DNA of 64,000 bases from Magallana gigas (lineage: Eukaryota): assembly GCF_963853765.1 (NCBI RefSeq), contig NC_088856.1, forward strand, positions 29,636,001-29,700,000. The letters run 5' to 3'. A program made the position numbers and the translations under genes. This document shows, piece by piece, positions 37,602 through 49,213 of this stretch. Below the pieces are notes generated by a model. It ran no database searches and was not told where the DNA came from. It saw nothing but the letters and a program-made list of their open reading frames with translations. Each line of letters starts with the position of its first letter. Position 1 is the first letter of the stretch.

Positions 37602-38767
37602 ACTTTTGCTGGACGCTTCCTAAATAAAAGACGTTTTCTTCATATTTCAACTCTTCGTCATATTTTACAGGTAGGCAATATTTTACTTACTCTTTAATTA
37701 TTTTCGTATTGTACGTTTTTATAATCTCAGGTTTATGTGTTCAATTCTACTTAATTTCTATTACACATCAATATAAGTTTGTGCTTTATTTTATGTGATT
37801 TTTCTTTGTTCTTGTTGCATGTAGATTAGTCATTTTCATATATAGATCCCGTTGTATGCTGTTGAAATGCGTAAATGTACAAAAGTAATTTAGTATCGAT
37901 TGAAAAATTATCTTATTTGAAAATCTAACATTACTTTGGCTAGATTTATCTGAATATTTGAATTACTCTTTTTATTATTTTTATGCAACACTTTTCCCGA
38001 AATTTATGTGTCACATGGCCATTTCTAAATTTAGTCTCGGATTTGCTTCCGCCCGAATTGAAAATGGTTTGACTTAAGGAAAACATTGTTAATCTGCAAA
38101 TACATTTGATAACTAAATGGCATAAAGATGTAAGTTGATAACTACATATTTTTACTGTAATTCATTTAGGGATTTATTGTCATTGCATACTTTATGATTC
38201 TGATTGAGGGTTTTATGACAATAGACATGTACAGTGATGCTGTGTGTGCTTTCATTAAGCATTAATGATTTCAATTCTTTTATTTGTTTTAACTCCATAA
38301 GTGAAAGTCCAGAATCAAAATCTATTTCATCTTTATTCAAACATATCTTTCGATTCAAATCATGAATATAAATTGAGAACATGTAGTTTGAAATTATGCA
38401 AATAAGACCCTATGTTTATGTCTGCTCCTTCATAATTTGTGTACCTTATCATGGCCAAGTGAAGTTCTCTACCATTAAAGTCAATTCTCCCCACTAAAGT
38501 TAATCTCCCCATTTGATTATAAGCATTTATACTTTATGTGGTTTTTATACTTTTGTTTATTTTTATTGATGTTTGCACATGTAGGTCATATGATTAATTT
38601 TACATAATGTGGTCATTGATATTTTATATCATCTGTTGCACTATTTTTACATGTGCAAAGACTCATTGTTTATAATCTTATGATCTATATGTCATGACTT
38701 TTGCTGGACGCTTCCTAAATAAAAGACGTTTTCTTCAGATTTCAACTCTTGGCCATATTTTACAGGT
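37602..38767 (+). repeat. 71-bp direct repeats (37602-37672, 38697-38767) bounding ~1 kb of AT-rich DNA
   Basis: ACTTTTGCTGGACGCTTCCTAAATAAAAGACGTTTTCTTCA(T/G)ATTTCAACTCTT...CATATTTTACAGGT occurs twice, 1095 bp apart. Confidence 0.85.
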
Positions 38768-39035
38768 CAACTTTAATTATTATATCTCAACCCAAAATTC
38801 CAATATGACATTACCTTGCTCTGTGTACAACAGATAGATATTAGTTTTTCTAATTGTCTATTATTTGAAGAAGCATCCCATATACTTTATAATTATAGGT
38901 CGTATAAAAATATTTTAATCCTTATATATTGGGGTGGTTCTTTCCCCTCCCCTCCTTCACAACGCCACAAAAATTGACTCCTGTACATTTTGAAAAGTAA
39001 ACAGAAAATAAAGGAAAAGAGAACACCCTATTTCA

Positions 39036-39185
39036 NNNNNNNNNNNNNNNNNNNNNNNNNNNNNNNNNNNNNNNNNNNNNNNNNNNNNNNNNNNNNNNNN
39101 NNNNNNNNNNNNNNNNNNNNNNNNNNNNNNNNNNNNNNNNNNNNNNNNNNNNNNNNNNNNNNNNNNNNNNNNNNNNNNNNNNNNN
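39036..39185. other. Assembly gap (N150)
   Basis: N run. Confidence 1.
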
Positions 39186-39772
39186 ACATCGCTATAAGAT
39201 TTTATATCTGATATGTCTATAAGCCTTAGACATCTCGGTTCCAACCTCACCCTTCTTGATCCGCGCATGAACTGAATTAACTGGAGCAAAAAGACGGTAT
39301 TCAACTAACGTTCCTCTACCATCTAATCTCTCGCCAACTGTGTATATATAACCCAAATAAATCCATTTCGTACTTTTAAACGTCCAACTATTATTTAAAG
39401 ATGAACTGCATTTTTACTGTGTCAACATTTTTCAAGTATTTGATTTAAGTAATCTTATCTAAAATTCAGTGTGCCAGGCCTATTGATTGTTGGACGCACA
39501 TGGATACATGTCTATTTCATCTATCGATTGATCAGATTTAACATAAGTATTCATTGATTATTCACCTATAATTTTTAAACACTTTATTGACGCCAAACCT
39601 ACCAACTCATACTTACAGAAACTAGAGAAAAATGAACATTTAATCACATAACTTCAGTGCTGAGGTTATCATAATTATATAGAGCGTGTCTCGATTTTTG
39701 TACGTGATCGTATACAATGCTTAGAATGGCAGAACAAATAATGCAAAATAAGAAGTGTAAAGAAGTGCTTAC

Positions 39773-39913
39773 CCTGTAGTTGGCGAAATGATACACGTTG
39801 ATGGTTTCTTTTTTTTAACGTCTGAAGGAGTCCGAGAGTTAATAAATATATATAACTAACTTTCGTTCTATTTTCTCAACTCTATGGATGAATCAATTTG
39901 GGTCATTCACGTG
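39773..39913 (-). promoter_or_regulatory. Putative non-coding leader exon and conserved promoter block (E-box CACGTG at 39908-39913) of SULT copy 1
   Basis: Donor G|GTAAGC at 39773/39772. A 33-nt block (39862-39894) is 32/33 identical to copy 2. Acceptor TTTCAG just upstream of the ATG at 36952. Confidence 0.55.
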
Positions 39914-40117
39914 GCTCATTTATTTTGAAAAGGAGACAGTAAACTTATTGATATTCACATATTCTTTTTGAATTATTATACTTACATCAGAAAAACCACA
40001 CCAAAAACGGTCTAATTACTCAACTTTGTACTAGCTTTGTAATAATTATTTTTGAAGAAACGACACGGTTCTATCCTACAATATCAGCTATTGTTAAACA
40101 TCCCCATATATTTACAT

Positions 40118-40420
40118 TATCCAGTGTCTTTGCCTGTGATAACACTACGTATCGATTTTGTACTATATAACTCATAATACAAATGACGCCAAATTGAGGC
40201 GCCAGCGGGGTTTGTTTATTTATATTTAAATATTTTATCGTACGATGGCCTAAAATTATATAAATAGGAATAATAAGGAATCATTCTTTGAATATTATGA
40301 GGTGATAATTTCGGTCGGGGCGTGATCAAATCTATCATAAAGCCCTTCGGGCTTTATTGGATTTGATCACGCCCTGACCAAAATTATCACCTCATAATAC
40401 TCAAAGAATGATTCCTTATT
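40118..40420. mobile_element. Palindrome-containing dispersed element (149-bp fold-back 40272-40420 plus a ~150-bp tail)
   Basis: AATAAGGAATCATTCTTTGA...AAAGCCC-TTC-GGGCTTT...TCAAAGAATGATTCCTTATT; second partial copy at 22751-23007. Confidence 0.75.
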
Positions 40421-43400
40421 CCTTATTTTAAACTAAAACTTCAAAATTATACAATCATTTCTTCCTTTTTCTGAAATGCGTTCTGTTATTCGATAATTAA
40501 TTTTTTTTCAGATAAATAGACTAAAACTTTAGGTACCTTGTTTTGGTTCCTGAAAGGAACAAAACGTACGTCGTATCGGTTGGTTTCAGAAATAATTTTG
40601 AGCGACCAGTATAGAAAGAACTTCAAGACTAAAGTGATAATATGTAAACATCTTTCAATGTTTATCAATCACACCTATAGACGTTTTCTTATTTTTATTT
40701 GAAGTTAATGTTTAATAAATCTATAAGTACATGTACATTTTAAAAATTACAAAATGACGCTAAACTTTATCTCAGTTTACTCATACGTTACAATATCCAT
40801 CCCTCCTAAGTTGTACCCGGTTGAATGGTTTAATGGTGTGTTGAAACGGGATTGCTGTGTTTACGTACAATTGCAAACAACCATGTTGTTATGTATAATA
40901 CAAGGGTTGGTCCAAAAGTAATGTCACAGTATGCACCGCGCTTCTCATTGGCGCTGTATTGTATAAAATGATACATCAAACCTTTTCTTATCAAAATCAA
41001 AATTAAAATTAAAATTGTGATTAAAATTCGTTGAACACTAATTAAGATATTGATGTTTATAGCATGATATATAAGTGACATCGCCGCGTCATGAAAGTTT
41101 TTTTTAAGGTTTGCATTTATGAATAAATTATATGCTTCAATATTTGAAAAAACCCGAAACAACACAATATTTTGAAACAAAATTTATTATAAACTTTTTC
41201 TGTTTTAAAAAACTAGGGACCGTTACGGTCCATTTCGGGTATCTAAGCAATGCCTTTTGTCTCTAGATCAAGTATAAAAAGGTTGGACATGCGTATAGTG
41301 ATACGATGCATTTTTGCTTTGATGGATAGAAATCACTAGAAATTGTACTGGAATTGATATATCAAAATAAAATTAAGAGCGAATTCACAGGATATCCTTA
41401 ATGTGGTTCCAATCTCTAATAAAAGCATAAGTCATGTTAATAAATAAATTAGATAGACAGAAGATACACGCTCTGAAGGAAAGTTAAAGCTGGGTTCTTA
41501 CGTCAATGGCTATTTTCTAAAGCTACGTTCATGACTATATGAAGAGACATGTACCTCGACCAACCGATCGCACATTAAATAATCCAATATTCTACTTCAT
41601 TGATTACAAAACGAGTAATTAGTTACATAATGAAAAAAATGTTTTAAAAAAATGTAAATAGAGCATCGTGGCAAATTTGTATAGAGTACTAAATTATGCA
41701 ATTCTGCCAGAAGGCCCAAGATTTAGAAATGACGTCACTAGCGTGCGGTGACTATCTTTACCTCACGCTCTACAAAATATTTTATCTTCACATATATTTA
41801 TAATAATGCATTAAACTTATCAGATCTGAATTGAATTAGGTAGGTATCTCAAAGCACGTATTTTTCTCACTTCACGCGGATTTTCGACGATTTATCGCAT
41901 CTTTGACATTACTTTGAGATCAACCCTCGTACATTTACTTACATGGTTCTTTACACTCTTTAGCATTGTACATGTTAGTAAATAATTTTTTTTCATTCAC
42001 ACGAAGCATCATATTGTATGTCCTTTTACAATCTATGGAAATGGCAATCCGAGGATCATGATCTGAGCATTAATCCATCTTCACTGTTAAGATTGTTTTA
42101 GTGATCTTTAGAAAATCTGTTTTCTGGTAGTAATGGCTTTTAAGTGCAGTGTAAACCTATTAAACATGATTCCTATATGAGAACGAAGACAAGATAGTTT
42201 AAATATTTAAGAGTCAAAATGAGGATGGCAAAGATGTATAGCGCAGTTAGTATACGATCTCGCATACAAAATAGCGGTTTTGCAAACATCGAACTTTTTC
42301 AATAGCATACAAATTTTAGAATAAATGTAATTAAAGAAACACAAATTATAGTTATCAGATCAGATAATTCCTTATTATTTTATACGACTCATAAACATCT
42401 TCAGGTTTTGTAGGGACCATAAAAGAAAATAATATGCAATAAAAAGGTGGATGGTTGAGTATTTGAACCATATTAAACCAAGGAAATCCGATTAAAATTA
42501 CGTTCTACAGGTGCCCGTAATGCTCGGTTACATTGAATTATTTGTGTTCAACGTGGCCTTTTTACTGAACATTTGACAGGTTAGTAAGTGACATTTCCAA
42601 TGAATTCATGTATGTAGCTACATATATTGCGAAGATGCGAGGAAATTAAATTTGCACAATTTTACAAGTTCAAAGCCTTAATAATAACTGAGAGCGTGTG
42701 CTTCGTGATCACGCGTGCGCTAGGCTGCGGATTTTTCCGGTCCTCGCTGCCGTGGCTGATCGTAGGGCGGGAATGATAAAGTGACTGTAAGTTTAACAAG
42801 TTCGACGTGCCATTTTTACATTATTTAAAATGTTACATTTGCTTTCACAAAGGTCAACATTTGATGATATTCACATTGTGATTAATAAGTCTTATCTTAT
42901 ATTAAGAAACATTTCATTCATCACAGCCCTTTTGTTTTTGAAAATTAGGGAGTACCGATAAAGAAAACCATGTAATTGAATTAAACGCATTCTTTTTCTT
43001 CCGAATCAAAAGAAAAATAACGATAATTTTTTTCAAATAATTTTCTATGAATTGATACAAAAAATGTAACTTTTTTTCACATATTAAGGCATAAGTAAAG
43101 CCGCTTTTTTGAAAAAAAAAATGTTTTTGTCAGGTCTTGTAATACAAAATTTAAATGTCTAAATTTAAAATGATTTTTGGAAAAAGTATTGAAGGGAGAA
43201 TTCAGCTTGTTTTTAAAGTTAAGTGTTCAGTTAATTGTTTGATTCCTTTTTTCTTTTCTGAATTCATTCACAGCGTTGACGTAAAATCTATTGAAAATCA
43301 ATGAAATACAACATAATTTTCTAATGGTGTTACCAGTACTTTATTTGTTTAGCTCACAATACATGGTACATAATACAGATTTGTACCGTTTCATATACAT

Positions 43401-43580
43401 GTATATATGTTTACAGTCATGTAGCATGCATCTTGTCATTATGAGGAAAAATGGCATATACTAAACTTGATGGGTTTCGAATATATATATATAAATGTTT
43501 TATCAAATTGACTTTTTCTTGATGAATTGTAGAGAAGTATTTCTCAGAAACACATCTATTTCTGGTCATCGTCTAATTCG

Positions 43581-45592
43581 TTATGTATACTGTATTTCTA
43601 AAGGAATGTTTGCGGCCTCGACTTCAGCGTCTACAGCCTCACTCTGGGCAACTTTGAACCAGTTTTTCCAGTCACCAGCTTCACCTGCAATTACGTAAGG
43701 AGTAACTGTTAACTGTTGAAAGATCAGAAAGACAAATGATGACTTTCAAATTGTTTTACCTTTTTCTTAAATTAATAACTACGTTACATTTAATTCACAT
43801 TCAGTTTAGCTCATTTCAAAATCGATTCATTTAATGTAATGATTTTGAATAATGATATATTTATTGATAAACTCACTATTACCCCAACCCAACCCATTCT
43901 CTCCTGAGTATAAGAATATCAAAAGCCAAATAACAATAAAATGCGAACTTTACTTAGAAGGTATAAGTATAAAAACAACGGGGACGTATGTTTTTGTCAG
44001 TCCACTTCAAATCGATGATAGTAGTCTTATATCTGCTGAACTTCACGTACAAGTGGAAATGTTCTTACCTTTTCTGTACATAATATGTTTGTCCCTAACA
44101 TCTGTCACCATGCGCATGCCCTCTGGGATGTTGCTGTTTTTAAATTTGGACATTGTTTGAAATTCGCATTTGTTTGCTATTTCCTCGATCAGTTCTTCAC
44201 TAGGCTTCAGTTCCAGGAAGTCAGCTATCATTTTAACGTGGCCTTTGAGGTCCTGAAAAATAATATTTCGTAGAAGACTTCAGTGACTTGTGCTTCATAC
44301 TGTAGCATGCATGAATAGGTAATTCTTTTGCAGGTTTTTAAAAGTTTTATTTCAAAATCAAAATGTCTTGCTCCTTCAAATACAGACTCACAGCATGTGT
44401 TAAAATTGTAATCATTTTCTTAAAAATGTTTCCATCCTACAGAGTAATTGAGCCTCAAAATACATTATTTATCTTATACAAGTACACTTTTTGTTTGCAT
44501 TGATATAGGTATGTTAGTATAGAAAAACAGTCGTTCTTTCTGTAACAATGAGCGGTGATTGCACTTACTTTCTTCATCTTCTCGTAACAAATATTCAAAA
44601 TGGGGTACGTGGGATTCCCTTTTTTAAAATCTGTCCAAGCCTTGATGTAATTTGTCCACAGACCACCTGGCACTAAATGGCAAAAAGATCAATGAATTAT
44701 CTGCTGTAAAAGTATTTGAGTACTTGATGTTGGACATTTATATATACGATAAAAAAATCGGTTTTTTCTTTGTTTGGAAACTGCTTCATCGATTATAGTA
44801 TTTGACCGATGACACGCTATTGCTTGAAAAATTAAATCAATATAACTGAATCGTACAAAAGAGAAAAATTTTGTTTTTTGTTGTTGTTTTACATTATTGT
44901 AGCAGCTGGAAGAGCAGCTTATTTTCTGTAATTCATAGTCAAAACCGACTTTAATAAAGGAGTAGCTTCAACTGTTCAGTCTTTCTTTCATGAATCTCTC
45001 TCTCTCTCTCTCATTTGATCAGTAGATAAATAAATAGAAAAGCTTACACTGGTCTGTGATATACAAGTCGAAAAACACATCAAATTCCATGTCCTGCATC
45101 ATGGCTCCTTCTTTGGTTTTCTTGAGGAAGTTGAAAAATGAAACGATCACGTCTTTGGGATTCCTGTAAATGTGAACCAGTTTACAGCGCTTTTGGGTAG
45201 CATCTTTTGGCATGTGTTGGGGCAAAAGATGAGATACGAGAACACCATCGGGCACCTGCATCAGTTTTTCAACAGGTAGCATGTCAATCAGGGGAGGCAT
45301 GTGTTTAGTAAATTCTGAGCTATTGTTTTTCAGCATGTCCACTATTTCATAGCACCAGTGAGTTCCTATAAATATAGAAATTAAAATCTAAAATAATTGT
45401 CATTAAATTTCGTTGTAATGTAAAAAAAAGTTTAAAAACATAAATTGAGAACAATTTCTCAATGATTGCTGCAAATTTTAAACTTAAAAAACGTTGGATA
45501 AGACTAATATTAAACCTTTTGTTTTGCCAATGATTTTGGAAATTTTGATTTCGTGTTAGCTATGTAGCGCAAATGATAAATGTGATTTTGCG

Positions 45593-45667
<75 letters not shown>

Positions 45668-45934
45668 CAGAGATGTTTCTAGCTTAACGTGCAATTAAAA
45701 AAATTCCCTTGAATTTTACTACATCGATCGCATGAAGACAGGGGACGTCCCACACTAACCAGATTTCGGATATGATATAACAAAAACATCAGTGTCCTTA
45801 AAAGTTGCTTCAGAAAGTGCTTTCAGGCGATCCAATACGTTGCCAAAGACTCCTACTGGAAAGCGAGCGCCTTCGTGGTCCACAACTTTAAATACGACTT
45901 TTCCATTGGGATCTTTAACTTCTTTCTCAGTCAT
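43581..45934 (-). CDS. Cytosolic sulfotransferase, copy 2, 294 aa
   Basis: complement(join(43581..43684,44069..44252,44569..44672,45048..45365,45760..45934)). Exon sizes identical to copy 1 (175/318/104/184/104). Same PAPS-binding motifs; VSHLLP. About 87% aa identity to copy 1 (37 differences by hand count). True ATG is 45934; the ORF track starts at an upstream GTG. Confidence 0.95.
45598..45665. repeat. (TA)n microsatellite in SULT copy 2 intron 1
   Basis: Direct reading; homologous run at 53924-53996. Confidence 0.97.
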
Positions 45935-47448
45935 TGTCACAGAATCGTCCTGACCGTATGTTATATACTGAAAACAAAAATAAATTGTGTGTCAAGGAAG
46001 GCCATATTTACTCCATCTTAACTTTCTCATTACTACTGACGTCTTTCTAATCTAAGCGAAGTGATAAAAGAACCCAGTCGTTACATATGTTACCTGTAAC
46101 GGGTCAACAAAAAAGTTTGCTGTAATCTATTAATTGAAGAAGCATCCCACATCCATCAGATCAGAATACAAAAGTATCTCATGGATTTCTAGTGTGAACA
46201 TAATTTACTCATTCAATGGGTGTGTAATTCCCCTCTATCCCCTTCTCTAAAAGAAAATTGATCCGAAAACATTTGATAAACAAAATATGCATCTTTAACG
46301 GGGAAAGAGGAACAGTTTTTAGGGGAGTTAGATTATATGATTTTGAAAATGAAAGGAATGCGTTGGGGGGTCGTTCGTTGAGTCGACCACGGTTGGTTGG
46401 CGACAAAGGAAAATAAGTGTAAGAAGTCGCAGAACTTCTTACAACAAATGAACAATGCCAAATGTCGCATTAAGAAAATAAGCTTAGTACTTGGGTCTTG
46501 GCCATTAGAAATGGTTAAAGACACTTTTCAAAAACATTAATTTTGAAACAAACAGAATGAAAAACATAAGATCTTATTGTACACACTTTCAAACTGCTTT
46601 CTAAAATTAAAGAAATTTTAGAGTTTTAATGGCATCAGTATGTTTATTTGAAATATTGAAACCAAAGCTTTTTTATGAAACTTGGTGACAATATGTTATG
46701 ACATGTAAGCAGTGAAAATATTAGTGTGACATTTGCTTTGCTATATACAATTTAGCTTTAAAACATCTAGGAAACAACCCCGCCTCACATTGATCCGCGC
46801 ATGCATTTAATATACTGGAGCAAGAACGTTCTTCACCAGATGTGTATAACCTTCAACTTTAATAAAGACATTAACTGCATTTTTACTATGTCAAGCACTC
46901 CTTTTAACATTTTCAAGTATTTGATTAAGATAAATTTATCCTAAAGTCTCGGTTCGCATAATCTATCGATTGCTGGACGCAGAAATGTTTGTTTTACATG
47001 TACAATGTATATTACTAGATATATCAACTGACCCAATTCAACACACTACATTAACTATACATGTCCGAATAACCACGCATATAATTATGAAAGGTCAACG
47101 CACTCAAACTAAGGCAAATCAGAAAATGTATACAATCACTAAAATATGTTTTACGGTGCTACCGTTCGGGCAAACACAGAGAGATCATAATAAATACATA
47201 GGCTGACTTGCTCCCCCTTAAAAATTGTTCTTTACTCTGGGAGAAAATTGATCAGTCTGTAAAAATTTTACTTTGATCAAATATGTTAACGACATATTTT
47301 ATTTTTTCTCTAGTACCTTGTACTTATTTGATTTTTCCCTTGTTCATAAATTTGTTCTATTTAAATATTATATTGTTAATATTCTTATGCATGTTAATAA
47401 GCAATATTCAGCAATATAGATTTACAGTTAATGTAAAGAGGTACTTAC

Positions 47449-47585
47449 CGCGTGTAGTTGGCGAGATAACACGTTGGTGTATTTTTTTTTTTGACAGTGG
47501 ATCCGTCCTCACAGGTCCTAAATATAGTTGAAATTCGTTCTATATTCTCAACTCTATGGATGAATCACTTCAGGGCATTCACGTG
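47449..47585 (-). promoter_or_regulatory. Putative leader exon and conserved promoter block (CACGTG 47580-47585) of SULT copy 2
   Basis: Donor G|GTAAGT at 47449/47448; conserved block 47534-47566; acceptor TTTCAG at 45968. Confidence 0.55.
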
Positions 47586-48798
47586 GCCTATACAAACATA
47601 CTACTCTGTGTATACAGAAAAATAACGAGGTTAATGTGGCGTTTATTTTTCTCGTGCAATCTGTGTCGAATATTTCTTATGTTAATTGTGATACTTACAT
47701 AAAGAAAAAACAAAACAAAACAAAACGATCTAGTTTTTCAACTTCTAACCATATTCAGTTAAATATTAATTTTATTTTGGACGACGTAGTATAAAGTTTA
47801 ATCGTGTGTTGTATAAGCTGAAAAGTGTTGTCTTTGCTTTAAAAATGGTTACGAACAAATTAAGCAAAAGAATTGGTATCACTGTTCTATCAATCAAGAA
47901 AAATAATTTGAATTGTAAACTTTTTGGTACTTTTATATTCGAATTATAGAATAATATTATCTGAATTCTCTAATGAAATTCAACTCAACCTAAATGTTGT
48001 TTTTTTCAAAATTATTTTGGGCAATACAAAGTGCACAACAAACATTTTAAACACTTATCAGTATGTCTATATTGTTGATACCTTAAAATACAAAGTTTGA
48101 AAGAACTAGGTGAAAAAAACCCTCATGCTATCTTTTCATATCAAAATTACCAGAGGTAAAATATGAATATGTCGATTGCAAATTAGACAGGTTAATCATA
48201 GTTGCCACACCTATTGTACTTCATAGATGTTCATTATGCAGAGTCCTTAAATTTGATTTTTGAAGTAAACTTGTTTCTTAACAAAATATTTAGACTTTCA
48301 ACAAAGTTACAAAATCCTTCGGAGAGAATGAAAAAGAAAATGTTGTGAGAGTTAATGAAAAATTTGAATGAGTGTAGTCTACCTGTTTTATTTTGTACCA
48401 AGAAAACGTTGTAACTGAGTGGATTATAAAAATTCGGGACTTTTTTCCCCAATTTTCTCCCAATTTAAACGATTATAAAATTGTAAAAAATCAAATTTAC
48501 GAATAGAAATTAGCTTCAAAATTTTTAAAACTATCATTGAATCTAAATCTCATTATATATGCATAGAAAATATTAAAAGAATTCCTGTACTTCCTGAAAA
48601 ATGACAAATTACTTCTAGAAAGTCAGTTGGTGTGTTACATATTGAAAAGAAATCCGTAAATGTACTTTAGTTGTTGTTAGATTATTCTCGCTTCACCGCG
48701 TGTTTAATTGATTTTATTACCTTATCAAAGGGATTTTGTTTTTTTATTTCAATTTAAATATTTTCGTTTATTTTGTATGTGTATTCAGATTTGAAAGT

Positions 48799-48903
48799 GA
48801 TCTATTGAACTGCCAGTCAATAGGCTGCGATCTATTAGACTGCCGGTCAATAGACTGTGATCTATTGGACCGCCGGTCAATAGACTGCGATCTATCGGAC
48901 CGG
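48799..48903 (+). repeat. 30-bp minisatellite (3.5 units); each unit is an internal palindrome
   Basis: Units start at 48799, 48829, 48859 and 48889: GATCTATTG(G/A)AC(C/T)GCC(G/A)GTCAATAG(A/G)CTG(C/T); TCTATTG...CAATAGA. Confidence 0.9.
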
Positions 48904-48996
48904 TAACGTATTTTAGAAAAACTGAAATTGCTACAAGATGAAAAGATAACTTTATTTTGTTATGTCATTTCATCCTGCCTCTTGTTTGATATTTAG

Positions 48997-49213
48997 NNNN
49001 NNNNNNNNNNNNNNNNNNNNNNNNNNNNNNNNNNNNNNNNNNNNNNNNNNNNNNNNNNNNNNNNNNNNNNNNNNNNNNNNNNNNNNNNNNNNNNNNNNNN
49101 NNNNNNNNNNNNNNNNNNNNNNNNNNNNNNNNNNNNNNNNNNNNNNNNNNNNNNNNNNNNNNNNNNNNNNNNNNNNNNNNNNNNNNNNNNNNNNNNNNNN
49201 NNNNNNNNNNNNN
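48997..49213. other. Assembly gap (N217) between the duplicated SULT units
   Basis: N run. Confidence 1.

Larger units (their letters stand above)
41650..48711 (+). repeat. Segmental duplication unit A (~7.1 kb, contains SULT copy 2)
   Basis: Colinear with 49913-56875, from TAGAGCATCGTGG to GTGTTTAATTGAT, with scattered substitutions and indels. Confidence 0.9.

Noticed and set aside
43495-44273. Plus-strand ORFs repeated at 35.0, 43.5-44.3 and 51.8-52.5 kb
   Set aside because: Antisense shadows of SULT exons 4 and 5; conserved only because the sense strand is.
48799-48903. CRISPR-like appearance (30-bp palindromic repeats)
   Set aside because: Units abut with no spacers, the context is eukaryotic, and there are no cas genes.
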